Positions 58,525 to 64,000 of a stretch of 64,000 bases of DNA are shown one piece after another. Location of the stretch: assembly GCA_003162415.1 (NCBI GenBank), contig PMOL01000011.1:84701-148700 (forward strand), in the 5' to 3' direction. The notes beneath the pieces were generated by a model. The model worked only from the letters and a program-made list of their open reading frames with translations. It was not told where the DNA came from and did no database searches. Origin of the DNA: Candidatus Dormiibacterota bacterium (lineage in GTDB: Bacteria > Chloroflexota > Dormibacteria > Aeolococcales > Aeolococcaceae). The first letter of the stretch is position 1. Every line of letters starts with the position of its first letter. The translations under genes and the position numbers were made by a program.

Positions 58525-58953
58525 TCAGCGACGCGCGCGGAAGAAGTCCTGCAGCAACGTGCCGCCTTCGCCGTCAGCGATTCCACTGGTCACGTCGATC
58601 CGGTGGTTGTTGCGCGGGTTGCGGAGCACGTCGTACACGCTGCCGTCGGCACCCTTCTTTGGATCGCGAGCGCCATAGACGCACGCGGCGATGCGCGCCT
58701 GCACCATCGCGCCGGCGCACATCGGACACGGCTCCAACGTCGCATAGACGGTGACGCCATCGAGACGCCAGCCACCGATGATGCCGGCAACACGCCTCAG
58801 CACCAGCATCTCGGCGTGGGCAGTCGCGTCACCCCTCCGCTCAATCGCGTTGCCGGCGGTCGCGAGGATGGCGCCGTCGCGGACCGCCACCGCGCCGATC
58901 GGCACCTCACCGCGCGCACCTGCGGCACGCGCCGCCTGTAGCGCGCGACGCAT
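58525..58953 (-). CDS. tadA: tRNA-specific adenosine deaminase
   Basis: CMP/dCMP-type zinc-deaminase motifs HAEMLVL and PCPMCAGA. Confidence 0.85.
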   Translation of the reverse strand: MRRALQAARAAGARGEVPIGAVAVRDGAILATAGNAIERRGDATAHAEMLVLRRVAGIIGGWRLDGVTVYATLEPCPMCAGAMVQARIAACVYGARDPKKGADGSVYDVLRNPRNNHRIDVTSGIADGEGGTLLQDFFRARR

Positions 58954-58976
58954 GAAGCGCTCGTGAAGCTCGATCG

Positions 58977-61199
58977 CTACCCCACCGCGACGAGCGGCAG
59001 GTCGATCCTCAGGTCCGGACGCTCGACGACGCGCATCGTGTCATCGACAAAACGCACACGCTCGAACGTGATGCAGTTCACCGGACAGTGGTCTTCGCAA
59101 ATCCTGCAGTTGGTGCAGCGGTCGTAGTTGATGTAGATCTCGCCCTCGTAGCCGCCCGCACCGGGCCGGCCACCCGAGGTCGCGCACACGAGCGTCTCCC
59201 CGCCCGAGGAGCGCTCGCGATCCTCGCCGAAGACCACCACGTCGATGGCCTTCTCAGGGCACACGTCGTCGCACGCGCCACAGAGGACGCAGACGTTCTG
59301 GTCGTAGTGGTGCACGGAGTCGCACTGGAAGCAGCGAATCGCCTGGACGATCGCCGTCTGGTCGCTCCACGACTGCTCGACCTCGGTCATGTCGTAGCGC
59401 TTCCCGGCCTCGAGGATGCCCGGCTCGACACGCGCGAACAGCTCGGACTGACGATGGTCGTCGGTGCGCTCCACGACCGTCTGATAGATACGATCGCCGG
59501 CCGCCTCCATGTCCTCGCCGAGGAACTCGCGAATCGAGCGAGCAACGCGGTGTCCCCAGCCGGCGGCGTCGACGATAAACGACGGTCCCTGGACGCAGTC
59601 ACCACCTGAGAAGAGCTTGTCGACTCCGGTGTGACCACCGCGATCCGCTGCAAGCAAGCCACGCTGCGTCACCGGGACGAGCTCGTCGGGACGCTCCATG
59701 ATCTGACCGGACGCGAAGATCACGTAGTCCGCGGACACCGTCCAGCGTTCCGCGTTCGCCTGCTCCTTCACGGAGGAGAAGATGAGCTTGCCGCTGAGCG
59801 GATCGAACTCGAGGTCCTGCAGCGGAGCGAAGGCGACTGCCTTCACGCTGCCCTTCTCGTCCCCGAGGATCTCTTTGACGATCACGCCGCACTGGATATG
59901 CAGTCCGATCTCCTTTGCCTCATGGAGCTCGTTGCCGAACGCGGGAAGCCGATCCTCCGGCTCGATGGCAACCATCCACACGTCCTTGGCGCCGAGCTTG
60001 ATCGACGACTGGCACGCGTCGGTCGCGACTGCACCACCACCGACCACCACCACACTGCCACCCACGGGAAAGTGATCGGGGACCTTGTCGTATGACACGG
60101 TGCGCAGGAAGCTCATCGCATCGATGACCTCGGGAAGGTCGCTCCCCGGGATCGGCAGGATGCGGCCCTTCATCATCCCGATCGAGAAGAAGACGGCGTC
60201 GTATTCGTCGAGCAAATCCTTGGTCTTGATGTCGCCGGCACCGCCGCCAATGTTGCTGTTGAGGCGGACGTCGATCCCCGTCGTCATGATCATGTCGAGC
60301 TCCCACTGGAGCTGGCGATGATCGAACCGGAACGGCGGAATCGACGTGCTCAGCAGGCCGCCCACCTTCGCCTCGCGCTCGAAGAGCACGACGTCATATC
60401 CCTGGACGCGCAGGTCGAGTGCACAGGTGAGGCCGGCAGGTCCCGCACCCACGACGGCGACGCGTTTGCCCTTGGCAGGCGCGATCTTGTAATTGATCCA
60501 CAGTCCCTGCTGGAAGGCGAAGTCGGTCGAGAATCGCTTGATCGATTTGATCGTCACCGGCTCCTCGCCGGGGTCCCATCCGCGCTTGCAGTCGGTCTCG
60601 CAGGGGTGGTTGCAGAGCCGCCCGAGCATGCTTGGGAATGGGTTGGTCTCGTGGATGACCGCCCACGAGTCGACGTAGCGACCCTGGCTCACATAGTCGA
60701 TGTAGGTCGCGATGTCCTGGCGGATCGGGCAGTTGCGCTGGCAGGGAGTGATCGGGACGTTGAAGCCCAGGTCGAGATGCCCGCTCATGATCTTCATGGG
60801 CGCCTTGTCGATCACGTTCTTCGCGATGGCACCGAGAACGTGTGCCGCACTCACCATGCCGACCGGCTCGCTGTTGCGCGAGAAGAACCCGCCTTCGGAT
60901 GCGGTGACGATGGCAGCCTCGGCGGAGGCCTTGCGCATCACCTCGGCACCGCGCTCGATGCGCTCGCCGAGGTCGATCTCCGGGGCGGGGCGCATGACAT
61001 CGCGAACGCTGGTCTGGTCGAGCGCATCGAACGATGACACGACCACCTCGAGACCGATGGTGCCGAGCACGTCGTCACCCCGGACGACGATGAGCGGGAC
61101 CGGATCCTGGAGGCGCAATACCTCGAGGACGTCGGACAGCCGGTCCTCGGGATCGCATTCCGCGCCGAGTGGGGAGGCGATGCTCTCCAGCTCAGGCAT
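58977..61199 (-). CDS. CBS-pair / GltD-like FAD-NAD(P)H oxidoreductase / 2x[4Fe-4S] ferredoxin fusion protein
   Basis: N-terminal CBS pair. Fer4_20-like Cys cluster (CQRNCP...GRLCNHPCETDCKRG). Two Rossmann motifs (VAVVGAGPAGL and VVVVGGGAVATD). C-terminal CxxCxxCxxxCP twice. Confidence 0.75.
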   Translation of the reverse strand: MPELESIASPLGAECDPEDRLSDVLEVLRLQDPVPLIVVRGDDVLGTIGLEVVVSSFDALDQTSVRDVMRPAPEIDLGERIERGAEVMRKASAEAAIVTASEGGFFSRNSEPVGMVSAAHVLGAIAKNVIDKAPMKIMSGHLDLGFNVPITPCQRNCPIRQDIATYIDYVSQGRYVDSWAVIHETNPFPSMLGRLCNHPCETDCKRGWDPGEEPVTIKSIKRFSTDFAFQQGLWINYKIAPAKGKRVAVVGAGPAGLTCALDLRVQGYDVVLFEREAKVGGLLSTSIPPFRFDHRQLQWELDMIMTTGIDVRLNSNIGGGAGDIKTKDLLDEYDAVFFSIGMMKGRILPIPGSDLPEVIDAMSFLRTVSYDKVPDHFPVGGSVVVVGGGAVATDACQSSIKLGAKDVWMVAIEPEDRLPAFGNELHEAKEIGLHIQCGVIVKEILGDEKGSVKAVAFAPLQDLEFDPLSGKLIFSSVKEQANAERWTVSADYVIFASGQIMERPDELVPVTQRGLLAADRGGHTGVDKLFSGGDCVQGPSFIVDAAGWGHRVARSIREFLGEDMEAAGDRIYQTVVERTDDHRQSELFARVEPGILEAGKRYDMTEVEQSWSDQTAIVQAIRCFQCDSVHHYDQNVCVLCGACDDVCPEKAIDVVVFGEDRERSSGGETLVCATSGGRPGAGGYEGEIYINYDRCTNCRICEDHCPVNCITFERVRFVDDTMRVVERPDLRIDLPLVAVG

Positions 61200-61683
61200 T
61201 GGGGGTTTTGCGCCTCACCAGTGCGAAGTCGGCAAGCTCTCGCGGCGTCACCATTCCGACCACGGTTTCGTCCTCATGGGTGACTATCGCCAAGCGGCGC
61301 TCGTGATTCGCCATCAGGGAAACGACCTCGCTCAGACGCTGGTGCTCGTCGACGAGCAGCGGTGACTGGCGCAGCATGTTGCGTGCCTGCACGTTCGTCG
61401 ACGGCGGGCGCACCGCGAAATCGCTTCCGGACACAACGATGTCGCCGGCGATCAGATGGTCGATGACATCCTCTTTGGCGACGAAGCCGACCGGCCGCCG
61501 GTCGACGAGCACGACGATCTCACTCAGGATGTTGTCCGCAAGCAACTTCGCGATGGCGTCGGCGGGCGTGCTCGGGAGGCAGAACACCACCTCGTTGCGC
61601 ATCACCGTTCTCACCTCGGGATCGCTCGCTTCGAGTGCGAGGCTGTCGGGATCGACCGAGGCTGCCAGAGGGACCGAGGTCAC
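61192..61683 (-). CDS. CBS domain pair protein
   Basis: Two CBS motifs in 163 aa. Its stop overlaps the start of the downstream fusion oxidoreductase. Confidence 0.7.
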   Translation of the reverse strand: MTSVPLAASVDPDSLALEASDPEVRTVMRNEVVFCLPSTPADAIAKLLADNILSEIVVLVDRRPVGFVAKEDVIDHLIAGDIVVSGSDFAVRPPSTNVQARNMLRQSPLLVDEHQRLSEVVSLMANHERRLAIVTHEDETVVGMVTPRELADFALVRRKTPNA

Positions 61684-62450
61684 GCTCCCGCCTCTTGCGC
61701 CATCTGCTCCTGCAGCCGGCGCAGGACGTCCTGCCAGGTTTCGGTGGTCTCAACGGGCCGGGCCTGCGCACGTGGCGCGGCGCGCTGGATCTTGGTGCGT
61801 GTCTTGGTGATCTCGCGCTCGCGCTTGCGATCCTGGACGGATCGGGCCGACTCGACAGCCTGACGGACCTCGGTCTCCACCTCGGAGATCTCCTCGGCGG
61901 AGGTGGCCCCGCGCAGCGATCTCCCCAGACGCGAAGTCACATCGGGCGGCAGTTGCGGGCCTGCGTCGCGAAGCATGTCGCTGCCCCGGCGCCGCAGCAG
62001 ATCGAGCGCATGTGCGGCCCGAGCGCGTTCCGCATTCGCCGAGCGCTGCTGCTGATACAGCTCCATCCCGCTCGCGATCAACTGCGGGTACTGGAACGCC
62101 TGACTGAACTTGCCGGTGTTGATGCGCGCGGTGATGTCGTCGACCGACCGCTGCAACTCCTCGCGCTGCTCGCCCTCGAGGCTGCCGAGCAAATCGGCGA
62201 GGATCGGGCGTGCCTGTGCATAGGCTCTCTTCACCCACGCGGGAAGATGATGGTGCGAGGGCTCCGGCACCGGCGCCGGCGTCGTCGCTCGAGGAGCTCC
62301 GACGGGACGGACGATGGCCGGGAATGCGGTCGTGAGGGGCGCCTGATGCTGGCTACGGGCCCTCGTCTGGATCACTGCGATGCCACCATCGTACCCATAC
62401 CGGGGGGTGTCGCGACTCCCCCGTGTATCGATTGACTCACAATCCTGCCC
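61680..62450 (-). CDS. hypothetical protein (predicted coiled-coil/helical)
   Basis: ORF with protein-like composition in its C-terminal two-thirds. The N-terminal part of the long ORF overlaps nth, so the start is uncertain. Confidence 0.4.
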   Translation of the reverse strand, partial: GQDCESIDTRGSRDTPRYGYDGGIAVIQTRARSQHQAPLTTAFPAIVRPVGAPRATTPAPVPEPSHHHLPAWVKRAYAQARPILADLLGSLEGEQREELQRSVDDITARINTGKFSQAFQYPQLIASGMELYQQQRSANAERARAAHALDLLRRRGSDMLRDAGPQLPPDVTSRLGRSLRGATSAEEISEVETEVRQAVESARSVQDRKREREITKTRTKIQRAAPRAQARPVETTETWQDVLRRLQEQMAQEAGA

Positions 62451-62469
62451 CTGAGCATCCCAACAGAGT

Positions 62470-63267
62470 CTAGCGAGCCTTCGCCACTCGATGTCGCGGG
62501 CCGGTGCGGGGCTTGGCAAGGCCGAGGTCCGCCGACGGGCAGATGTCGGCGAGAACACACTCTGGGCAGCGTGGCCGGTTGGCGACGCAGATCCGCCGAC
62601 CGTGCAGGATGAGTCTCAGGCTCAGGCCCGTCCACTCGCTCGGCGGGACGATGCTGCACACGTCCTCCTCGATCTTCACGGGGTCGGTCGCGTAAGTCAG
62701 GCGGAGCAGCCCGGTGAGCCGTGTCACGTGCGTATCCACCGCAAAGCCCGGCTCCCCGAACGCCACACCGAGCACCACGTTGGCGGTCTTCCGTCCAACG
62801 CCTCGGAGCTTCACCAGATCCTCCATTCGCGACGGCACCTCACCGCCATGGAGGAGCACGAGGTCCTGGCTCATCTCGCGAATCGCCCGCGCCTTGGAGC
62901 GAAAGAACCCCGTCTTGTGGATGATCGCCTCGACATCCGCCTCCTCCGCCGCCGCGAGATCCGCAACCGTCGGATAGCGCGCAAACAAGATCGGCGTGAC
63001 CGAATTGACATTGACGTCGGTCGTCTGGGCACTGAGGATCACCGAAACCAACAGCTGCCACGGACTCCCATAGTCCAGCTCGGTGCGCGCCTCGCCGTAC
63101 TCGAGCTTCAGACGCTCCACGACAATCGGCGCCCGCTCCCGAGCCCCCACCGGCAACCGCCGCTTCCGAACCTTAGCCTTGCCCTTCGCCTTCGGATTCG
63201 GCTTCGCCGCAGCCGTTGCCTTGCCAACCGACCTCGGCTCCCGCGTCGCATTACTCAAGTCACTCAT
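62470..63267 (-). CDS. nth: endonuclease III (DNA glycosylase/AP lyase) with Lys/Ala-rich N-terminal tail
   Basis: HhH-GPD motif (LVKLRGVGRKTANVVL) and a C-terminal 4Fe-4S cluster loop (CVANRPRCPECVLADIC). N-terminal basic tail KATAAAKPNPKAKGKAKVRKRR. Confidence 0.9.
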   Translation of the reverse strand: MSDLSNATREPRSVGKATAAAKPNPKAKGKAKVRKRRLPVGARERAPIVVERLKLEYGEARTELDYGSPWQLLVSVILSAQTTDVNVNSVTPILFARYPTVADLAAAEEADVEAIIHKTGFFRSKARAIREMSQDLVLLHGGEVPSRMEDLVKLRGVGRKTANVVLGVAFGEPGFAVDTHVTRLTGLLRLTYATDPVKIEEDVCSIVPPSEWTGLSLRLILHGRRICVANRPRCPECVLADICPSADLGLAKPRTGPRHRVAKAR

Positions 63268-63634
63268 CTCAAATCACTCATAGGCTTGAGCACCCGTTCA
63301 AGAACCCTCGCAACCGCCCGAAGCCCAATCCAACCGGAGCGCGATATCGCGAGCACCCGTTACCCGACCCCAGTCGCAACCTCGTCCATGCCCTGGGCAA
63401 GCCCAGCTCCCCACGTTCAGCAGGGCCTGACGTCGAAACAACACAGCACGCCGAATGCTACGCAGCCCGCCGCCCGGAGGAGCCCACTACCCGAGGCGGG
63501 TGGCATCGCGGGGGGCAGCGCCGATCGGAGGGTCGGCGCCGAGATGCCCGTTCCCAGAACGCACGACGCCCCAGCGGTCAGACCGAACCGCAGAGCGGCG
63601 AGGGGTCCCCGCGATGCCAGGACCCGCCCTTTGA

Positions 63635-64000
<366 letters not shown>

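Overview
This is high-GC (about 65%) bacterial chromosomal DNA. GTG and TTG starts are common, genes overlap by 4 bp in places, there is a Tat system and an LDH-like malate dehydrogenase, so it probably comes from an actinobacterium or a Chloroflexota-type genome. The window has three parts. (1) Roughly 0.5 to 37.7 kb is a dense catabolic and transport region. It holds a LacI regulator, hydroxypyruvate isomerase (hyi), two five-gene Dpp/Opp-type peptide or opine ABC importer operons, a GntR regulator, a DoeB/DoeA-like deacylase plus M24 hydrolase pair, pxpABC (5-oxoprolinase), tatAC and an ornithine cyclodeaminase. It also carries a NicF/NicX-like pyridine-ring-cleavage module with a second NicX paralog, an Lrp regulator, a DMT transporter, an M20 peptidase and an amidohydrolase. 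(2) Roughly 37.75 to 53.48 kb looks like an integrated genomic island at a tRNA-Ser(GGA) gene. It holds a tyrosine integrase, an excisionase and a second tyrosine recombinase. Its cargo is a complete Type I restriction-modification system (hsdRMS), an SRA-HNH modification-dependent (Type IV) endonuclease, and a TIR-domain protein with a UvrD-C/Tudor-like tail that sits beside a three-helix membrane protein. A lone HK97-fold major capsid gene, a frameshifted Sel1-repeat gene built on a 105-bp tandem repeat, and decayed gene remnants (an E1/ThiF-like fragment and a frameshifted ORF) sit at the distal edge. (3) Roughly 53.5 to 64 kb is core genome. It has a second tRNA-Ser(CGA), a lipoprotein, a fused ABC exporter, an FAD oxidoreductase, tadA, an unusual CBS/GltD-like/ferredoxin fusion oxidoreductase, nth and the 5' part of mdh. 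No rRNA or CRISPR array was seen. Many long ORFs in the supplied track are arginine-rich antisense artefacts of the high GC content and were not called.
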